From: Spirochaetia bacterium
GTDB lineage: Bacteria > Spirochaetota > Spirochaetia > SZUA-6 > Bin103
Direction: 5' to 3'
Assembly: GCA_965208575.1 (NCBI GenBank)
Contig: CBDBOV010000005.1
Coordinates: 896,001-960,000, forward strand
Length of the DNA stretch: 64,000 nt
Shown here: positions 38,289 through 48,593 of the stretch, one piece after another
How positions within the stretch are numbered: position 1 is the first letter of the stretch
How the letters are laid out: every line of letters begins with the position of its first letter
Position numbers and translations under genes: made by a program
The notes under the pieces: generated by a model
The model's input: only the letters and a program-made list of their open reading frames with translations
Database searches by the model: none
What the model was told of the DNA's origin: nothing

Positions 38289-38427
38289 CGCGGCGAGTGG
38301 GTCAACCACCGTCAGGCAATAGGGATCACCGGCAATTGTGGGGTATGAGGAACATGGGTGGGCCTGCTAACCTGTTCCGCGACCGCGCCCGCCGTTCGAG
38401 CGGAGTGACCGTGGGGAGGATTCGAGC

Positions 38428-39426
38428 GTGACGTCGACCAACATCGTGTTCACCGGCAAGCGGCAGGCGGAACTGCGCGAAGAACCGGTGCCGGACCTGG
38501 CGCCGGACGGCTTGATGGTGCGTACGCGCGTCAGCCTGATCAGTTCCGGTACCGAGTCCATCTGCTACCGCGGCGAGTCCGATCCGGGATCGCACTGGCA
38601 CGGCTGGGTGCGGTATCCGTTCCATCCCGGATACAGCAACGTCGGCGTGATCGAACAGACGGGAGCCGCGGTGACCGGCTTCGCCGCCGGCGAGCGGGTG
38701 TTCACCACCTCCAGCCACCACCAGGTCGCCGTGGCGCGCGGCGCCCCGGTAGCGATTCCCGACACGGTATCGGACGAATCGGCGGCGTGGTCCAAGCTCG
38801 CCACCATCGCGCAGACCGGGGTGCGCCGCGCCGGGCTTGCCATGGGCGCCTCCGTGGCGGTCGTCGGCCTCGGCCCGCTCGGTCAGCTCTTGAGCCAGTA
38901 CGCGCGCGTGATGGGCGCCGAGCGGGTGATCGCGATCGACCCGCTGGCCAGCCGCCTGCCGGTGGCGATCGACCACGGCGCCACCCACCGGTTCGCCGGC
39001 AGCGCCGCCGATGCCCTGCCGTTCGTGCAAGAGCTCACCGGCGGCCTGCGCGCGGACGTGGTGTTCGAAGCTACCGGGCATCCCCCGGTGCTGCCGCTGG
39101 CGCTGCCCCTGGTCAAGCAGTTCGGCGTCCTGATGCTGATCGGCGATGCCCCCAACCCCAGCCAGCAGGTGCTCACCAGCGACGTCATTACGCGTCAGAT
39201 CTCGATCCGCGGCACCCACAACGAGAACCTGCCCGGCGACCAGGCGCAGTGGTCGCCGTCCCGCCAGGTGGAGTTGTTCTACACCTACCTGACGCGCGGC
39301 CAGATGCGGGTGGATGACCTGATCACCGCCCGCCACGCCCCGGCTGAAGCGCCGCGGGTGTACGCCCGGCTGCTCAACGACCGCGGCGCCTCGCTCGGCG
39401 TGCTGTTCGACTGGGCCCAGTTGTAA
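38428..39426 (+). CDS. Zinc-binding (MDR) dehydrogenase-like oxidoreductase
   Basis: SLISSGTE, YPFHPGYSNVG, GLGPLG, ADVVFEATG. Confidence 0.87.
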   Translation: MTSTNIVFTGKRQAELREEPVPDLAPDGLMVRTRVSLISSGTESICYRGESDPGSHWHGWVRYPFHPGYSNVGVIEQTGAAVTGFAAGERVFTTSSHHQVAVARGAPVAIPDTVSDESAAWSKLATIAQTGVRRAGLAMGASVAVVGLGPLGQLLSQYARVMGAERVIAIDPLASRLPVAIDHGATHRFAGSAADALPFVQELTGGLRADVVFEATGHPPVLPLALPLVKQFGVLMLIGDAPNPSQQVLTSDVITRQISIRGTHNENLPGDQAQWSPSRQVELFYTYLTRGQMRVDDLITARHAPAEAPRVYARLLNDRGASLGVLFDWAQL

Positions 39427-39531
39427 CGGCGGTCCGGGGCTTCCCAGCTCCCGTCGCGGAGGCGCGACAGCGGAGCGTGGCGCGTGCCGCGCTCCGCTGG
39501 TGTGGGAGCATCGAGCCGCATGGTGCGGCAG

Positions 39532-40239
39532 TCAAACCGGTGTACGGTGGACGCTGGCGTCCGATGGGTGGCGGCGTGCCACGGCAATCCAGAGGGTAGC
39601 CGTCGTGGTGACCTCGACCCGGAAACCGTACTGCGCGAACAGTGCTTCCAATTCCGGCTTGGTGTAGTAGATCTTGACGATTTCGTAGGTGCGCCCGTCG
39701 GCCAGGTCGCGCTGCTGCCGGTTGTCCGGAGCGGTGCGCTTGTCGGGCGTGGCGCGCTGGTCGAGCGCGAACAGCACGCCGCCGGGACGCAGGCTGCGCC
39801 GCAGCAGGGCGAAGAAGCCGGACAGCCGGGACGGCGGTACGTGCGATAGCCAGAAGGTGAACGAGACCAGGTCGAAGCGGCGCGCCGGTTGGTAGGCGAA
39901 CAGATCGGCCGCTTCGAAGCAGACCCGGGGGTCGGAGCGCACCCGCCGGCGTGCCAGCTCGATCGCCTCCGGAGACGCATCGACGGCGGTGATCCGGTCC
40001 GCCACCGGCAGCAGCGGCTCGGTCCAGATGCCGGTGCCGCAGGCCAGCTCCAGCGCCTGCTCGACCGGGCCCAGCGAGCGCAGGACCGCGTGCGCCCGCG
40101 CGATCTCCTCCTGCCACTCGCGGCGCCGCTGTTCACCGGCGGCGTAGCGGCCGCGCTGGTAGTACCAGTCGTCGTACTCCGGTGCGCGTTCCCGGTAGTA
40201 CTCCATCTGCTCGCGAATTCGTGCATCGTCGTTGGCCAT
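39532..40239 (-). CDS. Class I SAM-dependent methyltransferase
   Basis: YYRERAPEYDDW, LELACGTG, AVDAS, ADLF, FWLSHVP, LRPGG. Confidence 0.88.
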   Translation of the reverse strand: MANDDARIREQMEYYRERAPEYDDWYYQRGRYAAGEQRRREWQEEIARAHAVLRSLGPVEQALELACGTGIWTEPLLPVADRITAVDASPEAIELARRRVRSDPRVCFEAADLFAYQPARRFDLVSFTFWLSHVPPSRLSGFFALLRRSLRPGGVLFALDQRATPDKRTAPDNRQQRDLADGRTYEIVKIYYTKPELEALFAQYGFRVEVTTTATLWIAVARRHPSDASVHRTPV

Positions 40240-40259
40240 GAAGCGGCTCCGGTGGTGGG

Positions 40260-42059
40260 TCAGTGCTTGCGCCGTCCACGGTCGCGGCTTCCGCGTCGGT
40301 TGGCAGCGCTGACGGGACTCGGGCGGGACGGGGCAGGAGTGCGCGGCGGTGCGGCGCCGGGGGGAGCCACGCGCAGGCTGCGCAGGCGGTTCAGTGCCGC
40401 GGCTACCTCGAAGCGGCGCGGGCGCGCCCGGTCGCCGAAGGCGCCGTGCACCAGCGCGTCGAGTCCCTGCGCCTCCAGGTCGGTCTCCAGGGCGGCCAGG
40501 ATAGCCGGCAGGTCGCGGCGGCCGTCGCACAGGCCGCGTGCGGCCCGCAGCAGCAGGTCGCCGATCATCCGGCACTGCGCGGCGTCGACGAGCTGGTAGA
40601 GCAAACTCACGTCGATCTCCTCTTGTCCGAACTCGATCGCCCGTGTCCTGACCGCCCGCACCCGCTCGGGCCGCCGCCCGCGGCGCGGGTCCAGGCTGTC
40701 CGGCAGGGGGATGCGCGGCGTGGCCGGCGGCCACACTCCGGGCGCGCGCGGGGCCGCGTCGCCGAGCGGTTGCGCGGCGGCGATCTCCCGCGCCTGCGCG
40801 GTCACGTCCAGCGGCTGGTAAGAGTCCATCCGGATTACGCAGTCGGCCACGTCGAGGTAGTCGCCGGCGCCGCCCACTACCAGCACTGAGGACACGCTTC
40901 GCTCCTGCCAGAGCTGGCGTACGCGGTCGATGAACGGCGTGATCGGCTCGTCCGCGCCGGGTACCAGGCGTCGCATGCGGGCGTCGCGGATCATGAAGTT
41001 GGTCGCCGCGGTGTCCTCGTCGATCAGCAGCCCGGTGGCGCCGGCTTCCAGCGCCTCCACGATGGCCGCCGCCTGGGAGGTGCTCCCGGAGGCGTCGTCG
41101 GTGTCGAAGAAGCCGGTGTCGCGGCCGAGCGGCAGCGCGCCGATGAACGGCGTCAGGCATGCCCCGCGCACCGCGCGGCCGTCCTCGGCACGTACGCTGA
41201 CCAGTTCCGGCGCCGATACGCACAGCTCGCGCCCGTCGCCGGGCAGGTGATCGTACACGCCGAGCGCCAGCGCCTGCAGCAGCGTCGACTTGCCGTGGTA
41301 GCCGCCGCCGGCGATCAGCGTTACCCCGGCGCGCACCGCCAGCCCGCGCACCGTGCCGGCGTGCGGCGCCGGCAGCTCCACCGCCAGCGTGGCCGGCGCT
41401 TGCAGCGGCAGTGCCCCGCCGAGCGGACGCGGGTCGGCGCCGCTGCGGCGCGGCAGGATGCTGCCGTCGGCCAGGAACGCAACCAGGCCGCGTTCGCCGA
41501 GCTGGGCGCGCAGGGCGACCTGGTCCTCCACCGACTGCACGTGGGTGCGCAGCGCGCCGAGGTCGAGGCGTTCCGCTACGCTCCGCAGCGTCCCATCCAG
41601 GCGCCGGGTCAGCAGTTCGGCCGCGGCCCGGCCCAGGATCCGCCGGCCCGCGGCCGGCAGTCCGGCGCTCAGGCGCACCCGTGCGTTCCCGTCCGCGCCC
41701 ACCGCGACCCCGGTCCGCTCCAGCACCTCCTGGCCGGCGGCGGCGATCTCCAGCAGCCCGCTGCGCCCGCTGCCGGCGCCGCCGGCTGCCCCGGCCAGGG
41801 CCGGCCGCAGCGCCCGTTGCAGGAAGTCGGCCGCGGCGCGCCGTGCGTCCGCGCCCTGCCGCGCCCAGGCCGGCAACCGCAGCAGCGCGGCCGGCAGGTC
41901 GACACGCAGCCGGCTCGGCGCGGCAAACGGATCGCCCTGGATGTGTTCGAAGGTCAGGTCGCCTGAATCGAGCGCGTAGCGGCGCCCGCGCAGGTCGCGA
42001 TAGTGGCCGTAGGGGCGGCCATCGATCCGGTGCAGATCGTGGGCGAGCGTGTCGCTCAC
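40260..42059 (-). CDS. Predicted ATPase of the ABC class (COG3044-like)
   Basis: HIQGDPFAAPSR, GGGYHGKSTLL, GVYDHLPGDGRE, RAEDGR, ASGSTSQAA, LLIDEDTAATNFMIRD. Confidence 0.88.
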   Translation of the reverse strand: MSDTLAHDLHRIDGRPYGHYRDLRGRRYALDSGDLTFEHIQGDPFAAPSRLRVDLPAALLRLPAWARQGADARRAAADFLQRALRPALAGAAGGAGSGRSGLLEIAAAGQEVLERTGVAVGADGNARVRLSAGLPAAGRRILGRAAAELLTRRLDGTLRSVAERLDLGALRTHVQSVEDQVALRAQLGERGLVAFLADGSILPRRSGADPRPLGGALPLQAPATLAVELPAPHAGTVRGLAVRAGVTLIAGGGYHGKSTLLQALALGVYDHLPGDGRELCVSAPELVSVRAEDGRAVRGACLTPFIGALPLGRDTGFFDTDDASGSTSQAAAIVEALEAGATGLLIDEDTAATNFMIRDARMRRLVPGADEPITPFIDRVRQLWQERSVSSVLVVGGAGDYLDVADCVIRMDSYQPLDVTAQAREIAAAQPLGDAAPRAPGVWPPATPRIPLPDSLDPRRGRRPERVRAVRTRAIEFGQEEIDVSLLYQLVDAAQCRMIGDLLLRAARGLCDGRRDLPAILAALETDLEAQGLDALVHGAFGDRARPRRFEVAAALNRLRSLRVAPPGAAPPRTPAPSRPSPVSAANRRGSRDRGRRKH

Positions 42060-42367
42060 GGGGGCGCCTCCGGTAGCCTGACGCAAATCTGGTTGGCGGG
42101 TAGCATGGCGGTGACCGGCTGCAGGGTAGCCGTGCTACCGCGGAGAGTCCAACCGGGTACCGTGCTGCGGGGGGCGGAATCCGGAGCCGGAGTGCAGGTA
42201 GTGGTTCGCCCGCGACAGGCTCGGCTGTGGCGCAGGCGTTCCACGATGCCGGCGTACGGCACCGACCCGAGATACGGAAGACGATGACCATCGATGTTCA
42301 GGGAGCGCCCGCCGACCGGCACCTGCGCGCCGTGCACGCACCCGACGGGCAGGCGTGCACCAAGCGG

Positions 42368-43114
42368 GTGCGTGTGCCGCTGGTCGCGGCCGCGTGGTGG
42401 TGGCTGTTGTCGGTATCGGTCGCGGCCGGTGCCTTGTACGGCGACGAGGTACGGGTCGCGGCGGCGGCGAATTTCTCCTCCGCGGCGCGCGAGATAGGGG
42501 AGTTGTTCGCGGACGCCACCGGTCATGAGGTGCTGCTGAGCTTCGGATCGAGCGGACAACTGTATGCGCAGATCACGCAGGGGGCGCCGTTCGACGTGTT
42601 TCTCGCCGCTGACGGGAGCTATCCGCGGCGCGCGGTGCAGGACGGCCACGCGGTGACCGGCAGCGTCTTTGCCTACGCCACGGGACGGCTGGTGTTGTTC
42701 AGCGCCGATCCCGGCCGGGTCACCGGGCGCGCCAGCTTGGCGGAGGGCGAGTTCACGCGGCTGGCGATCGCCAACCCGGAGCTGGCCCCGTATGGCGCGG
42801 CCGCCGTCGAGGTGCTGGAGGCGCTTGGCCTCGCCGACCGGTTGCAGCCCACGCTGGTGCGCGGCAACAACGTGGCGCAGGCCTACCAGTTCGTGGTTAC
42901 CGGCAACGCCGAGCTGGGTTTCGTGGCCCTGGCGCAGGTGATCGGCCACAAGCATGGCTCGCGCTGGGTCGTGCCGCGGGAATTGCACTCCCCGATCGCC
43001 CAGGACGCGGTGCTGCTGGCGCGTGCCTCGGCCAGCGAAGCGGCGGCGGCGTTCCTGGCGTTTCTGCGCGGGCCGGAAGCGGCCGCGGTACTGGCGCGGT
43101 ACGGGTACGAATGA
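42368..43114 (+). CDS. modA: Molybdate ABC transporter substrate-binding protein (start uncertain)
   Basis: [50 protein letters not shown]. Confidence 0.93.
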   Translation: MRVPLVAAAWWWLLSVSVAAGALYGDEVRVAAAANFSSAAREIGELFADATGHEVLLSFGSSGQLYAQITQGAPFDVFLAADGSYPRRAVQDGHAVTGSVFAYATGRLVLFSADPGRVTGRASLAEGEFTRLAIANPELAPYGAAAVEVLEALGLADRLQPTLVRGNNVAQAYQFVVTGNAELGFVALAQVIGHKHGSRWVVPRELHSPIAQDAVLLARASASEAAAAFLAFLRGPEAAAVLARYGYE

Positions 43115-43788
43115 GCGCCGCCCTGTGGCCGCCGATCGTGCTGACGCTGCAACTTGCGTCGGTCACCACCGTGATTCTGCTGGCGGTGGGCACGCCGATC
43201 GCCTGGTGGCTGGCGCGCTCGCCGCACCGCTGGAAGGAGGCGGTGGCCGCGGTGGTGGCGCTGCCGCTGGTGCTGCCGCCGACCGTGCTCGGCTTCTACC
43301 TGCTGATCGCGCTGGGCCCGAACGGGCCGGGCGGCTGGCTGGCGGGCCTGTTCGGCGGGCGGTCGCTGGCGTTCACCTTCACCGGCCTGGTGGTCGGGTC
43401 GGTGTGCTACTCGATGCCGTTCGTGGTGCAACCGATCCGCGACGCGTTCGAGGCGGTGGGCGAGCGCCCGCTGGACGTCGCCGCCACCCTGCGCGCCTCG
43501 CCGTGGGACGCGTTCTGGAGCGTGGCGGTGCCGCTGGCCCGGCCCGGCTTCGTGAGCGGTGCGGTGCTCGGATTCGCACACACGGTCGGCGAGTTCGGGG
43601 TGGTGCTGATGATCGGCGGCAACATCCCGGGCCGCACCCGCGTGCTGTCGGTGGCGGTGTACGAGTTCGTGGAGACGCTGCAATGGCGGGAGGCGCACCT
43701 GCTCGCCGGCGGCATGCTGCTGTTCTCGTTCCTGGTGATCCTGGCGATGCGGCTGCTGGAACGGCGCGCTGTGCGGTGGCGCCCGTGA
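43111..43788 (+). CDS. modB: Molybdate ABC permease
   Basis: [35 protein letters not shown]. Confidence 0.95.
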   Translation: MSAALWPPIVLTLQLASVTTVILLAVGTPIAWWLARSPHRWKEAVAAVVALPLVLPPTVLGFYLLIALGPNGPGGWLAGLFGGRSLAFTFTGLVVGSVCYSMPFVVQPIRDAFEAVGERPLDVAATLRASPWDAFWSVAVPLARPGFVSGAVLGFAHTVGEFGVVLMIGGNIPGRTRVLSVAVYEFVETLQWREAHLLAGGMLLFSFLVILAMRLLERRAVRWRP

Positions 43789-44933
43789 GCGGCCCCTCCG
43801 TGTCCGGCGCGGCCGTGCCCGGCCCCTCCGCGTCCGGCGCGGCCGCGAGCCGCATCGAGGCGGCGTTTGCCGGCACCCTGGGCAGCTTTCGGCTGGACGT
43901 CGCGTTCCGGATCCCCGGCTCCGGGGTGACCGCGGTGTTCGGGCCGTCGGGGAGCGGCAAGACCACGATCCTGCGCGGCATCGCCGGCCTGCAGCGGCTC
44001 GCCGGGCGGTTCCTGATCGGTGGCGAGACCTGGCAGGACGACGGCCGCGGCGTGTTCCGCGCGCCGCACGAGCGGCGCATCGGCTACGTGTTCCAGGAGG
44101 CGAGCCTGTTCCCGCACCTGACCGTTCGCGGCAACCTGCGCTACGCTTCGCGCCGCGCCGCGGTGACGCCGGTGCTGGGGTTCGACGCGGTGGTGGAGAT
44201 GCTGGGCCTGGACTCGCTGCTGGAGCGGGCGCCGGCGGCGCTGTCGGGCGGCGAGCGGCAGCGGGTGGCGGTGGGCCGGGCGCTGTTGTCGCAGCCCCGC
44301 CTGCTGTTGATGGACGAACCGCTTTCCGCCCTGGACCACGGGGCGCGCGAGGAGATCATCTCCTACTTCGAGGTGCTGCACCGCGAGCTGTCGATACCGA
44401 TGCTGTACGTGAGCCACGACTTGGCCGAGGTGGCGCGGCTGGCCGATCACCTGGTGGTGATCTCGGGAGGCACCAGGCTCGCCGATGGACCGGTCGGCGA
44501 GATCCTGGAGCGCCTCGACCTGCATCCCACCGCCGAGCGCTTCGAGGCGGGCGTAGTGCTGGACGCGCGCGTGGTGGCGCACGACCCGCGTTACCACCTG
44601 AGCCGCCTGCGCCATCATCGCCAGGTCATCACGGTGCCGCTGGTCGAGGCGGCGGTGGGCGAGGCGGTGCGCCTGCGTATCCGCGCCCGCGACGTTGCGC
44701 TGGCCACCCGCCGGCCGCGGGCAATCAGCATCCGCAACGTGCTGCCGGGCCACGTGGCGGAACTGCACGGTCAGCCGGGCACCGCCTACGCGGAGGCGCT
44801 GGTGGACATCGGCGGCGCCCGGCTGCGCGCCCGTATCACCCGCGAGGCGGCCGCCGACCTCCGCCTGCGCGCGGGCACGCGCGTTTACGCCCTCGTCAAG
44901 AGCATCTCCTTCGAGCACCCCGCGCCGCGATGA
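43785..44933 (+). CDS. modC: Molybdate ABC ATPase with TOBE/Mop domain
   Basis: [49 protein letters not shown]. Confidence 0.95.
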   Translation: MSGPSVSGAAVPGPSASGAAASRIEAAFAGTLGSFRLDVAFRIPGSGVTAVFGPSGSGKTTILRGIAGLQRLAGRFLIGGETWQDDGRGVFRAPHERRIGYVFQEASLFPHLTVRGNLRYASRRAAVTPVLGFDAVVEMLGLDSLLERAPAALSGGERQRVAVGRALLSQPRLLLMDEPLSALDHGAREEIISYFEVLHRELSIPMLYVSHDLAEVARLADHLVVISGGTRLADGPVGEILERLDLHPTAERFEAGVVLDARVVAHDPRYHLSRLRHHRQVITVPLVEAAVGEAVRLRIRARDVALATRRPRAISIRNVLPGHVAELHGQPGTAYAEALVDIGGARLRARITREAAADLRLRAGTRVYALVKSISFEHPAPR

Positions 44934-44955
44934 GGGAGGGCCGCCGGCTCGCGAG

Positions 44956-46584
44956 TCACGCACCTGCGCCGCGGTCGACCAGCAGGCGGCGCCGGCCCGG
45001 TGGCTGCTCGCGGATCTCCCAGCGGGTGGCGGCGTAGCGGTCCACGAAGTAGCGGTCGTGGGACACCACCACCACCGCGCCGGCGAACTGGTCGAGCGCG
45101 GTCTCGAACCGCTCGCGGGAGTCGATGTCGAGGTGGTTCAGAGGCTCGTCGAGCAGCAGTACCGTCGCTCCGCGCGCCACCAGCAGCGCCAGCGACAGGC
45201 GCGCGCGTTCGCCGTAGCTGAGTTCGGCGATGGGCCGCAGCGCATCGTCGCCGGAGAACAGGAACAGGTGCAGGAACGAGCGCACCTCAGTCTCCGCCGC
45301 CGGCCCGGCGGCGCCGATCGTGGCTACCGCGGTGGCAGTCGGGTCGAGCAACTCCTGCTCCTGCGCCAGGTAACCGACCTGCGCAGACGGCGAGCTCCGT
45401 ACCGCGCCCTGAAGCGGCGGCAGCGCGCCGGCCAGCGTGCGCAGCAGGGTGGTCTTGCCGCTGCCGTTGGCGCCGAGCAGGGCGACGCGCTCCCGCCCGC
45501 CGAGTTCGACGCTGACACCCTCCAGCAGGGGCGCTCCGGGCGCGTAGCCCAGGGCCGCGTCGGTCAGCTCCAGCACCCGGTCGCTGCCCGCGGCACCGCC
45601 GAACTCCACCTTCAGGCGCCAGCTCGCGGCGGGCCGTTCGGCGCGCTCCGGAGCGGCCTCGAACCGTCGCAGCCTGGTTTCGCGGGCGCTCGCCTTGCGG
45701 GCCACCTTCTTGGCCAGCCGGCGCACGTTTGGCTGGCTGGGGGTGGTGCTGCGCTCGACGCGGCGCGCCTGCTCCCTGGTGCGCGCGATGTCGTGACGCA
45801 TCCTGCGAATCTCCGCCTGCTCGTGCACATAGCGGCTGCGCTGCCGCTCCAGAGCCGCGGCGAGCTGTGCGGCGTAGGCCGAGTAGTTGCCGGGGTAGCG
45901 GGTAACGGTGCCCCGGCGCGCGTCCACCGCCAGGATCTCGGTGGCGACCCGGTCGAGGAACGCACGATCATGAGAGACGAAGAGCACGCCGCCGGGAAAC
46001 TCGATCAGAGCGTCCGCGAGCAGGCCGAGGGCTTCGTCGTCGAGGTGATTGGTCGGCTCGTCGAGGATCAGGAAGTCGGGTGCGCGGGCGAGCTCCCGGC
46101 ACAAGCCCAGCTTGAGCCGCTGCCCGCCGCTGAGCCGTTCGATCGGCGTTTCCGGGTCGAGGCCGTCCAGGCCCCAGCGGCGCAGCGCGTCGGGTGACCA
46201 CGAGTCGGCCGCCACCAGCCGGTCCAGCGCGGCGCCGTAGGCCGCTTCCGCCGCCGCGTCGCCGGGCGCCTCCGCAAGTCGCGCCGCGGCATCCGCCACC
46301 AGCCGCTCCAGGGTGTCGGCGGCGCCGAGCAATGCTCCTACCGAGGAGTCGGACGAATCGTTGCCGCCCTGGTCGAGGTAGCCGAGGGTGAGGCCGGCGG
46401 GCGTCCAACGCACGCTGCCGGCCCGCACCGGATGGCGCCCCTGAACCGCCTCCAGGAGGGTGGACTTGCCGCTGCCGTTGGGGCCGATCAGCGCCGCGCG
46501 GCGGCCGGCATTGACGGTGAACGAGACGTCCCGCAGCAAGTCCTGCGACCCGCGGGATATGGAGACATTGGATACGGTAAGCAC
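44956..46584 (-). CDS. ABC-F family ATPase (ribosome-associated, ARE/ribosome-protection-like)
   Basis: Two NBDs (GPNGSGKST, LSGGQ, LDEPTNHLD; GANGSGKTT, LSYGE, LDEPLNHLD), no TM helices, long basic inter-ABC linker; GGAGG RBS. Confidence 0.9.
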   Translation of the reverse strand: MLTVSNVSISRGSQDLLRDVSFTVNAGRRAALIGPNGSGKSTLLEAVQGRHPVRAGSVRWTPAGLTLGYLDQGGNDSSDSSVGALLGAADTLERLVADAAARLAEAPGDAAAEAAYGAALDRLVAADSWSPDALRRWGLDGLDPETPIERLSGGQRLKLGLCRELARAPDFLILDEPTNHLDDEALGLLADALIEFPGGVLFVSHDRAFLDRVATEILAVDARRGTVTRYPGNYSAYAAQLAAALERQRSRYVHEQAEIRRMRHDIARTREQARRVERSTTPSQPNVRRLAKKVARKASARETRLRRFEAAPERAERPAASWRLKVEFGGAAGSDRVLELTDAALGYAPGAPLLEGVSVELGGRERVALLGANGSGKTTLLRTLAGALPPLQGAVRSSPSAQVGYLAQEQELLDPTATAVATIGAAGPAAETEVRSFLHLFLFSGDDALRPIAELSYGERARLSLALLVARGATVLLLDEPLNHLDIDSRERFETALDQFAGAVVVVSHDRYFVDRYAATRWEIREQPPGRRRLLVDRGAGA

Positions 46585-46670
46585 GGAATCCTCCGCGTAG
46601 TGAACGAACGAGGAGCGCCTGCCCGTGGCGCTCTGGTTACCGTATCCTGCTGATCACTCCGGCCTCCGCG
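46570..46670 (-). promoter_or_regulatory. Putative translational attenuator with uORF MISRIR* (46637-46657)
   Basis: GGAGG-ccgga-GTG ATC AGC AGG ATA CGG TAA; GGATACGGTAA pairs perfectly with TTACCGTATCC in ABC-F codons 2-5; internal GAGCGCC/GGCGCTC hairpin. Confidence 0.7.
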
Positions 46671-46812
46671 GGCGAGCCTACGTGAGAACGGGACAACATG
46701 CAACGGAAATCGGGCCGCCGGGGCCGCCGGCCCGCCGGGGGACACCGGGCGGCGGAAGTCGCGCCAAGCGACCACCACCGTTCCTGCTATGCTGCGCCGC
46801 ACGAGTAGTTGC

Positions 46813-47514
46813 ATGCCGTTCTCGATCGACCACGTGGTCCCGTGGGGGCGTTCCCTGGAGGAGTATCGCGCGATGTTCTCCCTTTCCAAGAATGACCTGG
46901 CGGGGCGCATCCTGGGTTGCGGGGACGGCCCGGCGAGCTTCAACGCCGAGTTGTCGGCGCGCGGCGGCAGCGTGGTGTCGGTCGATCCGCTGTACCGGTT
47001 TTCCGCCGCCGCCATCGAGCGGCGCGTGCGGCAGACGTTCCCCACCATGATGGCGCAAACCGGTGCCAATCGCGGCGACTTCGTGTGGACCCACGTGCGG
47101 TCGCTGGCGGATCTGGGCCGGCGGCGGATGGCCGCGCTGCGCGGGTTTCTGGCCGACTTCGACGCCGGCAGGCGCTCCGGCCGCTACGTCGACGCCGCGC
47201 TGCCGGTGCTGCCGTTCGCGGACGATGTGTTCGATCTCGCACTGTCGTCGCACTTCCTGTTTCTCTACAGCGCGCAGTTCGACCTCGACTTCCACGTCGC
47301 CGCGCTGCGCGAGATGCTGCGCGTGGCGGGCGAGGTGCGCGTGTTTCCACTACTGCAGATCGGGGGTGCGCCCTCGCCGCACGTGGCCGGCGTGCAGGAG
47401 GCATTCACGGCGCGGGGCGTCAGCGCCACGGTGGAACCGGTGCCGTACGAGTTCCAGCGCGGCGGCGACCGCATGCTGCGCCTGCTTCGCGGCGACACGC
47501 CGGAGTCCGCTTGA
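46813..47514 (+). CDS. SAM-dependent methyltransferase
   Basis: VVPWGRSLEEYRAMF, ILGCGDGPASFN, VDPLY, LPFADDVFDLALSSHFLFLY. Confidence 0.85.
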   Translation: MPFSIDHVVPWGRSLEEYRAMFSLSKNDLAGRILGCGDGPASFNAELSARGGSVVSVDPLYRFSAAAIERRVRQTFPTMMAQTGANRGDFVWTHVRSLADLGRRRMAALRGFLADFDAGRRSGRYVDAALPVLPFADDVFDLALSSHFLFLYSAQFDLDFHVAALREMLRVAGEVRVFPLLQIGGAPSPHVAGVQEAFTARGVSATVEPVPYEFQRGGDRMLRLLRGDTPESA

Positions 47515-47561
47515 CGCGGATTTCGGACTGGTGCAACAGTTTCCGAGGAGAGGAGTTGGCG

Positions 47562-48593
47562 ATGCCGAGCGTGCCTTGGACGGAGTGGAAGACCTGGGAG
47601 AACTGGAAGCGGTTGTGCGGCGCGGAAATCGATGGGCTTGGGCTCACGGACAACCTGCGCGAGCTGGAGGAACGGGGCTACACGGTGCTGGCCCCCGCTC
47701 AGCTCGGCGACCCGGATCTGACCGAGCGCGCCGTCGAGGCGCTCCTGCGGGTTGCCGAGGAACGCACCGGGGTGCGGCCCGACGCCGCCAGCGGCGAATT
47801 CGGCCCCACCCGGCACGCGGGCTCGCACCAACACCAGAGCTGGCTGCAGGGCGGCCTGCTCAGCAAGGATCCGGCGTTCGAACAGATCATCCAGCACCCC
47901 AAGACCCTGCCGTTGATCGAGTACTTCCTCGGCCCGGGGATCCTGCTGTCGGCGTTCAACGCCCTGATCAAGCGGCGCGACCCGGCGATTTCACCGGCCG
48001 GCGGCACGGTCGGCGGCGGCTTCCATACCGATGTGCACCTGTACCCGTTCGAGCCGCTGCCCGACCCTCCCATGGTGTTCAACACCAACTGGTGCCTGAC
48101 CGAATACACGCGCGACGACGGCTGCCTGGCGGTGGTGCCGGAGTCGCACAAGCTGCGCCGCAACGCGCAGCCCGGCGAGGCCGAGAAGCTGGCGGTGCCG
48201 GTCGAGGCGCCGGCCGGCTCGGTAATCGTATTCCACGGCAACCTGTGGCACGGCTCATTCCCGCGGCTCACTCCGGGATTGCGGCTCACGGTCACGGCGT
48301 TCTACAGCGCCCACTATTGCCGTCCCCAGGAACATTTCCCGGGCCAGGTAACCGACGAGAGCGTGGCCCGCAACGGCGAGCGGTTCCGGCAACTGGTCAA
48401 CCTGCAGGACATCTGGGGCATCGAGACCGAGGGCGACCACGGCGTGCCCCGCTGGGAGCGCGGCACCGGCGTCACCCTACGCCAGGTGCAGGAGGGCACC
48501 GTCACCCATCACGGGCGGACCTACCGCGTCGAAGACGACGACACCATTACCGAGCACGCGGCCGGCAGACCGCGCTACGTCCCGGTCGACTGA
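47562..48593 (+). CDS. PhyH family dioxygenase
   Basis: AGGAG RBS; GYTVL, FHTD, DGCLAVVPESH, FHGNLWHG…R. Confidence 0.85.
   Translation: MPSVPWTEWKTWENWKRLCGAEIDGLGLTDNLRELEERGYTVLAPAQLGDPDLTERAVEALLRVAEERTGVRPDAASGEFGPTRHAGSHQHQSWLQGGLLSKDPAFEQIIQHPKTLPLIEYFLGPGILLSAFNALIKRRDPAISPAGGTVGGGFHTDVHLYPFEPLPDPPMVFNTNWCLTEYTRDDGCLAVVPESHKLRRNAQPGEAEKLAVPVEAPAGSVIVFHGNLWHGSFPRLTPGLRLTVTAFYSAHYCRPQEHFPGQVTDESVARNGERFRQLVNLQDIWGIETEGDHGVPRWERGTGVTLRQVQEGTVTHHGRTYRVEDDDTITEHAAGRPRYVPVD

Noticed and set aside
39532-42291. 919-aa ORF as an ATPase-methyltransferase fusion
   Set aside because: The upstream part is an off-frame shadow of the ATPase gene; the methyltransferase starts at 40239.
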